A stretch of 50,396 bases of DNA from Patescibacteria group bacterium (GTDB lineage: Bacteria; Patescibacteriota; Patescibacteriia; UBA10025): positions 1 through 50,396 of the forward strand of contig JBHPFX010000001.1 of NCBI GenBank assembly GCA_042570925.1, written 5' to 3'. Made by a program: the position numbers and the translations under genes. The notes beneath the pieces were generated by a model, which worked only from the letters and a program-made list of their open reading frames with translations, was not told where the DNA came from and ran no database searches. Below are positions 37,943-47,598 of the stretch, in pieces; the stretch's first letter is position 1, and each line of letters opens with the position of its first letter.

Positions 37943-38500
37943 ATGGACACAAAATATTTACACATTTGGGAGCTCGCAAAGCCATATTTAGCGCAAGGAA
38001 AAAGAAAAGATTTTGTATTACATACACAAGGAGTGATACAGGGAATGGAGATTTTGCTTAGAGAGGAGGGGGGCGACGAAACAATACTTCTTCCTGCGGC
38101 AATTTTGCATGATACCGGTTGGTCAAAAGTCCCAGTAAAGTTGCAAAGGAGTGATGACAAAGAGGATAAACATAAAGCGCTCAAACTGCATATACAATAC
38201 GCCTTACCAATTATTACAGAAGTTCTGGAGAAAGCAGAGTATATAGACAACAAGATTAAGCAAGTTGTTGATATTGTTAAAGATCATCAGTTCGTAGATC
38301 CAAAAGAATTATCAAAGCGGTTACTTATTGATGCTGATGCAATGTCCGATGTCTTTCGAGAGCAGTTTTATGGTGATGTAAAAGCATACAATACAACTCC
38401 GCAAAAGCTCTATGAATTTCGAAAGAAAAACACGTTTTATACAAAAACTGCTGAGAAAGTTTTTAATGAAGAATTAGAAAAGAGGAGACAAGAAATATAA
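37943..38500 (+). CDS. HD-domain phosphohydrolase
   Basis: 185 aa with H...HD signature (VLHTQGV ... AAILHDTGW) and a later D in the helical bundle. Confidence 0.8.
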   Translation: MDTKYLHIWELAKPYLAQGKRKDFVLHTQGVIQGMEILLREEGGDETILLPAAILHDTGWSKVPVKLQRSDDKEDKHKALKLHIQYALPIITEVLEKAEYIDNKIKQVVDIVKDHQFVDPKELSKRLLIDADAMSDVFREQFYGDVKAYNTTPQKLYEFRKKNTFYTKTAEKVFNEELEKRRQEI

Positions 38501-38521
38501 TTATTAATCATATCAAACTCC

Positions 38522-39124
38522 ATGGCATCTTCAAATACTGAATTGATACACAAGTACTTGTCCCACAATAACATTATTAATATTGAAAAAAGCAAGCAGT
38601 TAGCAATGGTAGCTAATTTAGTTGCTCGAATTCCATTTGGGGAAGCCCGGACGATTAAAGAAGTATTAACAACCAAGAAAGTTGGAACCTGTTCAGGCAA
38701 ACATGAAGTTTTAAAAGCATGTCTTGATGAATTAGAGATTTCAAACAGCAATGTTTTTTGTACATTTCGGTGGAATGACCAAAAAATTCAATTCCCGAAG
38801 CATTTACACAATATGTTGATGGGAGTAACTTGGGACCACGGACATAATTTCTTAAAAGTTTTAAATTCGGAAGGAAAGTATATTGAAGTGGACGTCACAA
38901 TTAATCCAGGACTTGAGAAATACGGTTTTCAAGCATTTCCTGAAAATTGGGATGGTCTACAATCTACACCTCTTGCATTCGATAAAATAATTAAGAAATG
39001 GGAAGGTGGAGATATTGCCTTCGAAAAAAAGAAGCTCATGAATTCACTCAGCCCTGAGCTTCAGGAGCATAGAAAAATATTTCTTTCTGAGTTATTTAAG
39101 TGGATAAAAAAAATAAATAAATAA
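38522..39124 (+). CDS. Transglutaminase-like (papain-fold Cys-His-Asp) protein
   Basis: 200 aa. GTCSGKHEVLKACLDELEI (Cys), WDHGHNFLKV (His) and YIEVDVT (Asp) sit in the spacing typical of the transglutaminase-like core. Confidence 0.55.
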   Translation: MASSNTELIHKYLSHNNIINIEKSKQLAMVANLVARIPFGEARTIKEVLTTKKVGTCSGKHEVLKACLDELEISNSNVFCTFRWNDQKIQFPKHLHNMLMGVTWDHGHNFLKVLNSEGKYIEVDVTINPGLEKYGFQAFPENWDGLQSTPLAFDKIIKKWEGGDIAFEKKKLMNSLSPELQEHRKIFLSELFKWIKKINK

Positions 39125-39125
39125 G

Positions 39126-40919
39126 ATGCCACAAGGTGATATTGAAGAAATAAAAGCCAAGATCGACATTGTCGAGCTCGTTCAGGAATATGTCCAGTTG
39201 AAAAATGTCGGGGCAAATTGGAAAGCGAACTGCCCGTTTCACACGGAAAAGACGCCGTCATTTATGGTATCGAAGGAAAAACAGATCTGGCACTGCTTCG
39301 GATGCAGTGAGGGAGGGGACGTCTTCACCTTTGTACAAAAGATTGAAGGAATGGAATTTCCAGAAGCTCTCCGACACCTTGCAAAGAAAGCAGGTGTTTC
39401 TTTGCCGACGTTCAATCCCGAACTCCAGAATCAAAAAACACGATTATTGGAGATAGTAAAAACATCTGCTGAGTTTTTTCAAAAAAAACTTCAAGATCCG
39501 ACAATCGGTAAACAGGCATCAGATTATCTTAGCTCGCGAGGATTGTCCGAAGAGACTATTCAAGATTTCGGTCTCGGACTTGCATTGAATGAGTGGGATT
39601 CGTTGAGCACATTTTTAGTTCAGAAGGGCATTAAACAACATGACATTTTTCTCTCCGGTATGACGATCAAGCGAGATCGCGGTGATGGATTTTACGATCG
39701 TTTTCGAAATCGCATCATGTTTCCACTTCGAGATGTTCACGGAACAGTTGTAGGATTTGGCGGCCGGGCACTTGCTGAAGACGATAAAACAGCAAAGTAT
39801 ATTAATTCCCCACAGTCTTTGATATATGATAAGAGCAATTATCTTTATGGCCTCGATCAAGCACGGCAGGAAATCAGAGAAAAGAAGGTAGCTGTCGTGG
39901 TGGAAGGGTATATGGACGTTATTGCTTCATTTCAAGCTGGAGTAAAAAACGTTGTTGCTTCCTCGGGAACTGCTCTTACTGACAGACAGGTACGACTTCT
40001 CAAGAGGTTTACCGATACGATTGCATTGGCATTTGATGCTGACTTGGCCGGTGAAGACGCTTCTCGCAGAGGAATAGATGTAGCACTTCGGGGCGACCTT
40101 GAAGTAAAGGTCATTACTTTGCCTTATGGAAAAGATCCGGATGAGTGTATTAAAAAAGATCCCAAAGCGTGGGAAGACGCGATTGGGAAAGCACAGGGAA
40201 TAATGGACTACACATTTGATCGTGCCCTCAAGGGAAAAGATCTTTCAAAAGTGCAAGATAAAAAAGAGCTGGTAAAAACTGTCCTCCAGGCCCTTACTCA
40301 GATACCAGATCCAATCGAGCAAACTCATTACATACAGAAATTATCTTCCCTTGTGCGAGTGGAAGAAGGAATACTTCGGGATAAGTTGACCAATTTCCAA
40401 AAAAAGCGCAGCACTTCACGGGATCCCAGCTCAAAAGAAGTTAAGCAACCTATTCAGCAAGACAGGTATGTATCACTTGCAGAACGTATCATCGGTTCAA
40501 TACTAATAAAACCCCACCTCATAGAGGAGGTTGTGGAACAACTTGATCCTGAGACCATTATCGACGAGCGTCTATACGAACTTTACAAAAAGATCAAAAC
40601 TTCGTATACTTCAAAGCACGATTTTGATACCAGTGCATTTGAAAAACAGGTCAAAGAAGACAACCAAAAAATAGGGAAGCTCATCCCGATACTACAGCTA
40701 AAAGCGGAACATGAGCTTACTCAGCTTGGTAAGGATGATTTCCATAAAGACCTGATTGCCAGTATACATTCACTCAAACAGGGATTCTATTCGTCGGAAT
40801 TGCAGCGTATTGCCGGTCAAATGGCGGAAGCGGAGATAAAAGGAGATGAGCAGGAAGTCCTCCATTTGAGCGAACAACACCGGGAATTATCTGACAAATT
40901 AACAAGCCTTTCACTCTAG
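39126..40919 (+). CDS. dnaG: DNA primase
   Basis: 597 aa with zinc finger [11 protein letters not shown]...CFGC and a TOPRIM domain (VVEGYMDV...DAD.AG). Confidence 0.95.
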   Translation: MPQGDIEEIKAKIDIVELVQEYVQLKNVGANWKANCPFHTEKTPSFMVSKEKQIWHCFGCSEGGDVFTFVQKIEGMEFPEALRHLAKKAGVSLPTFNPELQNQKTRLLEIVKTSAEFFQKKLQDPTIGKQASDYLSSRGLSEETIQDFGLGLALNEWDSLSTFLVQKGIKQHDIFLSGMTIKRDRGDGFYDRFRNRIMFPLRDVHGTVVGFGGRALAEDDKTAKYINSPQSLIYDKSNYLYGLDQARQEIREKKVAVVVEGYMDVIASFQAGVKNVVASSGTALTDRQVRLLKRFTDTIALAFDADLAGEDASRRGIDVALRGDLEVKVITLPYGKDPDECIKKDPKAWEDAIGKAQGIMDYTFDRALKGKDLSKVQDKKELVKTVLQALTQIPDPIEQTHYIQKLSSLVRVEEGILRDKLTNFQKKRSTSRDPSSKEVKQPIQQDRYVSLAERIIGSILIKPHLIEEVVEQLDPETIIDERLYELYKKIKTSYTSKHDFDTSAFEKQVKEDNQKIGKLIPILQLKAEHELTQLGKDDFHKDLIASIHSLKQGFYSSELQRIAGQMAEAEIKGDEQEVLHLSEQHRELSDKLTSLSL

Positions 40920-40971
40920 CGATCCGTATTTTTTAATAATTTCTTTTGATTCTACATTTTTAAGACCATAC

Positions 40972-42159
40972 ATGAAAAAGCGTAAGCGCGCAGAAAAGAA
41001 AACTCGTTCCTATAAGAAAAAGGTAATCAAAAAAACGAAGAAGAAAAAAATCGAGCCCCCGCTCATATCGGAGGAGGTTGTTAGTAAGCTAATTCAGAAA
41101 GGGCGCTCGCGTGGTTTTATTACTGAAACAGAAATGCTCTATGCACTTCCTGAAGTTGAGGAGCAGCTGGATCAGTATGAAGAGCTTTTGGATCAATTTG
41201 AGCGCATGGGTATTCAGGTGCTTGAAACTACACCATCTCTTATAGAACCAAAACCCCCAGAAGAAGAAGTAAAAGCTAAGACAAAAAAGGGCAAAAAGAA
41301 AGCTGCGAAGCCTCATCTTGATCTTTCTGATATCTCTAATGATTCAATACAAATGTATTTGAGAGAAATTGGGAAGGTGCCTTTGTTAAGTGCCGAAGAG
41401 GAAGTCCAGCTTGCTAAGCGGAAAGATAAAGGGGAGATTGAAGCAAAGAAAAAGCTAGTAGAAGCAAACCTTCGTTTGGTGGTGAGTATTGCGAAAAAGT
41501 TCACTGGCCGCTCACTTTCACTTCTTGACCTCATTCAAGAGGGAAATATCGGTTTGTTTCGCGCCGTAGAAAAGTTTGATTACCGAAAAGGATATAAATT
41601 CTCAACGTATGCGACCTGGTGGATTCGCCAAGCGATTACGAGATCTCTCGCAGACCAATCACGAACAATTCGTATCCCGGTCCACATGGTTGAGACAATT
41701 AATAAATTTCAGCAAGTGGAGCGCCAATTAATCCAGGATCTCGGTAGGGAACCGCTTCCAGAAGAGATTGCAGCCGAAATGGGGCAGGAAGTTGACAAAA
41801 TACATCATATCATTAAAATATCTCAAGATACGGTGTCTCTCGAGACATCTGTCGGAGACAGTGATGATGAGGATTCGGTCCTTGGCGACTTTATTGAAGA
41901 TGTAAAAACGATCACTCCAGATCGTGTTGCGGCAATGCAGCTTTTAAAAGATCACGTTGTTGCCATTATAAAAGAATTGTCCCCACGGGAGCAAAAAATT
42001 CTTGAAATGCGATTTGGTTTAAAAGATGGAGTCGCCCATACATTAGAGGAAGTTGGGCAGGAATTCGGAGTTACCCGCGAACGTATTCGTCAAATCGAAG
42101 CAAAAGCTCTGGAGAAAATCGAAGAACATCAGGGTATGAGACGTCTAAAAGATTACTAA
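40972..42159 (+). CDS. rpoD: RNA polymerase sigma factor RpoD (sigma70)
   Basis: 395 aa with region 2 ([37 protein letters not shown]) and region 4 ([20 protein letters not shown]). Confidence 0.97.
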   Translation: MKKRKRAEKKTRSYKKKVIKKTKKKKIEPPLISEEVVSKLIQKGRSRGFITETEMLYALPEVEEQLDQYEELLDQFERMGIQVLETTPSLIEPKPPEEEVKAKTKKGKKKAAKPHLDLSDISNDSIQMYLREIGKVPLLSAEEEVQLAKRKDKGEIEAKKKLVEANLRLVVSIAKKFTGRSLSLLDLIQEGNIGLFRAVEKFDYRKGYKFSTYATWWIRQAITRSLADQSRTIRIPVHMVETINKFQQVERQLIQDLGREPLPEEIAAEMGQEVDKIHHIIKISQDTVSLETSVGDSDDEDSVLGDFIEDVKTITPDRVAAMQLLKDHVVAIIKELSPREQKILEMRFGLKDGVAHTLEEVGQEFGVTRERIRQIEAKALEKIEEHQGMRRLKDY

Positions 42160-42176
42160 ATGTAAGACCGTATAGC

Positions 42177-42251
42177 TCTGGAGTAGCTCAATGGTAGAGC
42201 AACCGGCTGTTAACCGGTAGGTTGCCGGTTCGAGTCCGGCCTCCAGAGCCA
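42177..42251 (+). tRNA. tRNA-Asn (anticodon GTT), copy 1, CCA encoded
   Basis: Acceptor TCTGGAG/CTCCAGA, anticodon arm ACCGG-CTGTTAA-CCGGT, T-arm GCCGG-TTCGAGT-CCGGC, discriminator G. Confidence 0.92.
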
Positions 42252-42297
42252 TGCGGTTTTATTTTTCTTTGAAGTCATGCAATAAACAGTAATTCAT

Positions 42298-43071
42298 ATG
42301 GAAAAGGTTGCCATAACAAGCTCGGATAATAGTAAAATTAAATTGCTTAAAAAACTCAGGCTGAAGAAATATCGCAATCAGCTGGATGAGTTTGTCATTG
42401 AAAATGCAAAAATCATAAAGGACGCATTAATAGCAGGCATCCAACCAGAATCACTCTACATGACAAATACATTTGTTGAAGAAAATGACCGCTGGATTTC
42501 TGCAGAACTAAAGTCGCTATCTGCTCAGGAGTATTTTGGCATTAATGAGACAATAAATAAATCCTTTTCAGAATTGGTTACCCCGCCGGGTATAGCCGCG
42601 ATATATAAAAAAATTCATCTACCGATTACTTATGACTCCCATATCATTTATCTTAATGGCATCAATGACCCGGGAAATGTAGGCGCTATCCTGCGATCTG
42701 CTTTGGCGTTTGGTCTAAAGAATATCGTGGTAGATGAATCGTGTGCAGATATTTATAATGCCAAGACGTTACAGGCAGCTAAAGACTCAATTTTTAAATT
42801 ACGAATAGCAGGGGATAAGGATCAAGAGATCTTGAAGAACATAAAGACAAAAATGAAAATCTTTTCCACGCGGATGCAGCAGGCTGAAAAGATAGAAATA
42901 CTTAAACAAGAAAAAAAGATCTGTTTAGTGCTTGGCAGTGAATCACACGGAGTGAGTAAAGAGATACAATCCTTATCTGATGGTTTTGTAAAAATTGATA
43001 TGAGTAAGGAGGTCGAGTCACTGAATGTAGCGAGTGCGGCCGCCATACTTTTTTATCAGTTAGTGAAATGA
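42298..43071 (+). CDS. TrmH/SpoU-family RNA 2'-O-methyltransferase
   Basis: 257 aa with SpoU motifs (DPGNVGAILRSA, LVLGSESHGVS, LNVASAAAILFY). Confidence 0.88.
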   Translation: MEKVAITSSDNSKIKLLKKLRLKKYRNQLDEFVIENAKIIKDALIAGIQPESLYMTNTFVEENDRWISAELKSLSAQEYFGINETINKSFSELVTPPGIAAIYKKIHLPITYDSHIIYLNGINDPGNVGAILRSALAFGLKNIVVDESCADIYNAKTLQAAKDSIFKLRIAGDKDQEILKNIKTKMKIFSTRMQQAEKIEILKQEKKICLVLGSESHGVSKEIQSLSDGFVKIDMSKEVESLNVASAAAILFYQLVK

Positions 43072-43144
43072 TAATAGCCTTTCAATTATTATTATTTCGT
43101 AATATACTGAAAGTAGGATAACTAAGCATTAATAAGAATCACGT

Positions 43145-43636
43145 ATGAAAAAGTTATTTATATTACCGATTCTCGTTTTAGGAGTTGTATTGGTATTGAG
43201 CGGTTGTACGAAAACCGTTGAAAACAAGGTCGAGGATTCAATCGAGGATTCAACTGGCGGTCAGGCGGATGTCGATCTCGATGATGGAAGTATTAGAGTT
43301 GAAACAGATGATGGAACATTCGAGGCGGGCGACGATGTGAGCTTACCATCGGGGTTCCCGTCAGATGTTCATGTATATGATGGAACGATTACCGCAGCAT
43401 CTACGACAGGGGATGACTTTTTTGTAGTGTCTGTCCAGACATCCGATTCTCCATCAACAGTCAAGAATAAGTATGAAACTGAATTAGCAGATGATGGATG
43501 GGAGGTTACCTCTACACTCACTCTACCAACGGGCATTACTCTCGGCGCAGAAAAAGGCAATCGATATGTTACCGTTTCTGCAGGTGAAGAAGATGGAGAT
43601 ACGTTTGTTACGATTGGAGTTTCTTCAACTGAATAA
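43145..43636 (+). CDS. Acidic lipoprotein, function unknown
   Basis: Signal peptide with lipobox LSGC. The mature part is Asp/Glu/Thr rich. Confidence 0.7.
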   Translation: MKKLFILPILVLGVVLVLSGCTKTVENKVEDSIEDSTGGQADVDLDDGSIRVETDDGTFEAGDDVSLPSGFPSDVHVYDGTITAASTTGDDFFVVSVQTSDSPSTVKNKYETELADDGWEVTSTLTLPTGITLGAEKGNRYVTVSAGEEDGDTFVTIGVSSTE

Positions 43637-43648
43637 CACGTAATAATG

Positions 43649-43697
43649 AACCGCCCCTATGTCCAGCTCTTCGAGCCAGACCGGGGCGGTTTTTTTG
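43649..43697 (+). terminator. Intrinsic terminator
   Basis: AACCGCCCC...GGGGCGGTT followed by TTTTTT. Confidence 0.7.
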
Positions 43698-43707
43698 TTA
43701 TAGATAA

Positions 43708-43735
43708 TTGACTTCTGTATATATGCTTCTATACT
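43708..43735 (+). promoter_or_regulatory. Sigma70-like promoter
   Basis: TTGACT-16 nt-TATACT. Confidence 0.5.
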
Positions 43736-43820
43736 TACTCAGGGAGAGCAAAAACAATCAACGATCTTTTCACAAAGGAGGTGCGTCTTTGAAACGCACA
43801 CTGATGTAACAACGGAACGG

Positions 43821-44117
43821 GTGATTTTTCCCCGACACAAGCATGACTGCAAGTTATGCATTTTTCTCGGCTCAATCTCGGCAGACAGGGGTGGTATTGC
43901 AGATGTATACATCTGCAAACGCAGCATACTCGGTGGTCTCGTCATTCGCTACAGCAGCGAACCAAGCGACTACACAACTATGCCCCCGCAACGGGAGCTA
44001 CGAGCTGCAGAAAGACTGGTAGCAATCACGATCACACCTGAGAGCAATCAACGCATTGCTCCAGAACCAAGGAGGTTAACCTTCGATGCTACATCAGGCG
44101 GCGGCACTGACGGCTAG
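43821..44117 (+). CDS. Hypothetical protein (98 aa), GC-rich orphan
   Basis: GTG start with a weak SD. The N-terminus is HKHDCKLCIFLGS...DVYICKRS...VIRYSSEPSDY. A sample line gives ~53% GC. It is bounded by a promoter and a terminator. Confidence 0.45.
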   Translation: MIFPRHKHDCKLCIFLGSISADRGGIADVYICKRSILGGLVIRYSSEPSDYTTMPPQRELRAAERLVAITITPESNQRIAPEPRRLTFDATSGGGTDG

Positions 44118-44141
44118 TAGCCGATGTGCTCACCAGACAGA

Positions 44142-44192
44142 TGAGCGGCCCACGATTTCATTCAATAAACATCTTGATGGCCGCTCTTTTTT
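44142..44192 (+). terminator. Probable intrinsic terminator (28-nt loop)
   Basis: GAGCGGCC...GGCCGCTC followed by T7. Confidence 0.45.
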
Positions 44193-44194
44193 TA

Positions 44195-45340
44195 TTAAAT
44201 ATTCTCACAAATAATATCTGCGGCAAGCCGTGCACCGTAAATATTTGTTGCTGCTGCACCGATTCCCAGTTTTGCTAACGCACCGGAAACAAATACCCCT
44301 GGCAGCAGTTCAAGGGAGTCCTTGATAACAGGATATCCATCAATGAGTTGGACTTTTTCTCTCAGGTTAGGAGAAAGTAGTTTATACTGATCAAAATCTG
44401 CCTTGTATCCGGTTGCGCAAATTACTTGATCAAAATCACCAATCTTTGGACGTAGCTTTCGGTGAGCCCTTATTTTACTTCCTGATTCTGAAAATTTACT
44501 TACCGCAGTTCTCTCAAGAATCCGTATCTTTCCGTTTTTTACCAGTCGCAGGATATGGTCATAACATTCTCGCGTGATTGTTCCCGGCATCAAACCATGT
44601 GTAAGCATATCAAGTCTTTTATTGAGATTAGCCTGCCTGAACTGTTTATAGATAGATCCCCCAAACCATTTTTCATCAAAGTCGAATGGCTCAATCGAAA
44701 CATCTCGGCGAATCGCTATTGTAACTTTTATCCCTTTTTCTGCGAGACGTACAGCAAGGGTACCTGCAGTGAGACCGCCACCAATGATCAGGACATCGAG
44801 ATTATTGTCCTGCCATTCCTTTTTTCGAATGTCGATATTGTCAGCATGATAGATTTCAGGTATATCGATTCCTTTGATACTTGGCATACGAGGTTGCCCC
44901 AATCCAATTGCGAGAATAAGCCGATTCACACTGATTGGTGGATGATTGTTGGTGAGAGATAGCGTGTATCCTTCTAATTCATTCTGGGTAATTGACTCGA
45001 CTCGAGCTGGAATTCGATTTTGCTCAAGGTGAAATTTTTCGATGATATCTCTTGCGTGCGCAGTAAACGCCTCTAAGGGCAATAGATCGTTTTTATCGGC
45101 TGCATTTGTTTCTGAAAGTGCATGAAGATCATTTTCATCTCCAAATAATGTATGACTCCATGGTGAACGCATACTTCTCATGCCTATTGAGAGCGTACGT
45201 CGATTCCAATCATACAAAAAAGGATTCGGATCTATTATCGTTAGTTTCCGATCGGGATACTTGGAGCGGATTGCTGCGCCAACGGCTGTTGCGTGAATTC
45301 CGGCTCCAATAATAATGATATTGTGGTTTGAATACTTCAT
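44195..45340 (-). CDS. Class B flavoprotein monooxygenase-like FAD/NAD(P)-binding oxidoreductase
   Basis: Two dinucleotide-binding motifs (IIIIGAGIHA and VLIIGGGLTAG) plus an ATGY motif (VICATGYKADF). The track ORF extends to a TTG at 45367; ATG 45340 is the likely start. Confidence 0.72.
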   Translation of the reverse strand: MKYSNHNIIIIGAGIHATAVGAAIRSKYPDRKLTIIDPNPFLYDWNRRTLSIGMRSMRSPWSHTLFGDENDLHALSETNAADKNDLLPLEAFTAHARDIIEKFHLEQNRIPARVESITQNELEGYTLSLTNNHPPISVNRLILAIGLGQPRMPSIKGIDIPEIYHADNIDIRKKEWQDNNLDVLIIGGGLTAGTLAVRLAEKGIKVTIAIRRDVSIEPFDFDEKWFGGSIYKQFRQANLNKRLDMLTHGLMPGTITRECYDHILRLVKNGKIRILERTAVSKFSESGSKIRAHRKLRPKIGDFDQVICATGYKADFDQYKLLSPNLREKVQLIDGYPVIKDSLELLPGVFVSGALAKLGIGAAATNIYGARLAADIICENI

Positions 45341-45391
45341 TGGGAGATTGCAAACATCATACCCCAAAAGGCTATGGTTGTCATTGTCGGT

Positions 45392-45820
45392 TTATTGACG
45401 CTGGTAGAGACCTACAAGTTCTGCAGACTCAATTGTATGTTCTTGAACTTTTTCAACAAAATTTTCTTTTGTAATTCCATTAAGCTTTTCCATATCAAGT
45501 GCGTAGATTTTGAAAATGTATCTATGAGTCCCTAAAGGCGGGCATGGACCGCCATATCCTGTTTTCCCAAAATCATTCGAAATCTCCTCACCAATCGTTT
45601 CGCTTTGAGGTATCTCATTTACAGATGCTGGTATATTTACAATAAGCCAGTGATCCCAATTGCCTTCCGGGGCGTCAGGATCTTTACAGGAAAGTGCAAA
45701 GCTTTTTGTATTTTCAGGAGGTTCGTGCCATGTCAGATGAGGTGATACGTCCTGGTCATCACAGGTAAATCTCGCAGGAATTTGGTCATTATGAGAAAAA
45801 TCAAGACTCTTCAACTGCAT
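45392..45820 (-). CDS. PEBP-family protein (YbhB/YbcL type)
   Basis: 142 aa with DPDAP...WDHW and GYGGPCPP.GTHRYIFKIYALD. Confidence 0.9.
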   Translation of the reverse strand: MQLKSLDFSHNDQIPARFTCDDQDVSPHLTWHEPPENTKSFALSCKDPDAPEGNWDHWLIVNIPASVNEIPQSETIGEEISNDFGKTGYGGPCPPLGTHRYIFKIYALDMEKLNGITKENFVEKVQEHTIESAELVGLYQRQ

Positions 45821-45822
45821 AG

Positions 45823-47514
45823 CTAGAGTGTCGTGAGGATTTTCTGATCATGCTTTCGCCAGTTTTCCATCGTTGTCATGTCGATTCTTCCATGCTGAAT
45901 TAACGAAGCGAGATGTTTCCCGCCAAGGAAATGAGGAAGGACAACATAATCAGCCCCAGCTTCATACAGCTTCTTTGCCTCCCAGCCCGTATAGGCGGTC
46001 ACAATGATTTGCGGCGCTCTCCCATTCAACTTTTTAATTTCCTGTACTTTTTCTACAAGTAAATGATTATCATCAAGATTGGGGATGGTGGAAATTATGA
46101 TATATGCCTGGTCAAAATGTACATGCTCTTGGATATCTTTCTCGGTGATATCTCCAAACACAACCTTATAATTTTCTTTTTGAAGTTGTTTGACGACAAC
46201 AGGGTCGAATTCCACTATTACGAGCTTTTGCTTTTCAATTGTTTTTAATAAATGCATTCCCAGTCGTCTTGCGCCAGCCAGAATGATTGGACCCTTTGCT
46301 ACGGGTGTAAGAGGAATTTCCTCCTTAGCATTCTTCTTTTCAAAAATGCTGAGGAATCCGCTTATTTTATAAAATATTTTACTGTTATGCTGAATAAAGT
46401 ACGTTGAGATTATTATTGTGATAATCCCAACAAATGTTACGAGTGAAACCTGGCTATTTGTCACGTGGCCAAGTGTGAGACCCATTGCCATTAAAATAAG
46501 ACTGAATTCGGAGATTTGCGCGACAGTGACGCTTGAATAAAAACTGGTTTTTTTCCTGAAACCGAGAAGCCCCATAATGGTCAACACAATGAGAGGGTTG
46601 CCTATGAGTACAAAAAGTGAGAGGATAATTGCCGGCCACAGTATTGCCTGCACATCTCCAATCACAAGCGATGATCCCAAAACAACAAAGAAGATTACGA
46701 TAAAAAAATCGCGAAGGGGTCTCAGCTGGGATTCAATCTGAAATTGCTCGAGGGATCTTGCCAGGGCGATACCGGCCATAAAGCCACCGATTTCCACTGA
46801 GAGCCCGACAAAATCGCTGGCGACCAACAGACTTATTCCAAATGCCCATGCAATGCTCGTGATAAAAATGAGTTCGGGGCTTCTGGCAAGCTTGTCAAAC
46901 ATCCACGGAAAAACTTTTTTGGAAAGCCAGACAGTGAGCGCAAGGAGTACGATTCCCTTAAAGAATGTAATGATAAAAGAGATAAGATCTGCAGAAGCGC
47001 TTCCTGGCTCGAAGCCGGCCAAGAACATCAGTAAAAAGATAGCGACAATATCCTGGATAATTAAAAAACCGACAACAATTCTTCCATATAAACTTTGCAG
47101 ATCTCGCTTCTGAGAGAGCAACTTCACCACTATAATTGTACTTGAAAACGTGAGTGCGGCCGCGATATAAAAAGCGGGCAGTGCGTCGAAGCCCAGCAGA
47201 CGGACAATAAGATAGCCAATTCCAGAGGTAAATAAAATTTGTCCCAGGCCTGTGACAACCGCAGCTTTACTGACCGCCTTTAAGTTATCAAAACGCATCT
47301 CAAGCCCGACGAGGAACAAGAGAAGTGTGATACCAAATGTAGACATCACATCAAGTATGTCGCGGCTATCCATGTTCACCAAGCCAACGCCGGCAACAAG
47401 CATGCCGGTAAAAATATAGGCGACAATTGTCGGTTGGCGAAGCGCCCGGGCGATAATTCCAAGAATCGCGGCGACAACGATGACGATTGTAATGTCAGCA
47501 AAACCTCCTGGCAT
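45823..47514 (-). CDS. CPA2 cation:proton antiporter (Kef-type) with C-terminal RCK/TrkA-N domain
   Basis: 563 aa with about 11-12 TMs. The soluble domain has IILAGARRLG and a Rossmann-like layout. Confidence 0.88.
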   Translation of the reverse strand: MPGGFADITIVIVVAAILGIIARALRQPTIVAYIFTGMLVAGVGLVNMDSRDILDVMSTFGITLLLFLVGLEMRFDNLKAVSKAAVVTGLGQILFTSGIGYLIVRLLGFDALPAFYIAAALTFSSTIIVVKLLSQKRDLQSLYGRIVVGFLIIQDIVAIFLLMFLAGFEPGSASADLISFIITFFKGIVLLALTVWLSKKVFPWMFDKLARSPELIFITSIAWAFGISLLVASDFVGLSVEIGGFMAGIALARSLEQFQIESQLRPLRDFFIVIFFVVLGSSLVIGDVQAILWPAIILSLFVLIGNPLIVLTIMGLLGFRKKTSFYSSVTVAQISEFSLILMAMGLTLGHVTNSQVSLVTFVGIITIIISTYFIQHNSKIFYKISGFLSIFEKKNAKEEIPLTPVAKGPIILAGARRLGMHLLKTIEKQKLVIVEFDPVVVKQLQKENYKVVFGDITEKDIQEHVHFDQAYIIISTIPNLDDNHLLVEKVQEIKKLNGRAPQIIVTAYTGWEAKKLYEAGADYVVLPHFLGGKHLASLIQHGRIDMTTMENWRKHDQKILTTL

Positions 47515-47598
47515 GAGAGTAGTATAGCAAAAAGAAGGCTTATGGCTAATAGCTCGTGGCGCTATGTGCTATAGGCTATCTGCCGTTTGCAGATATTT

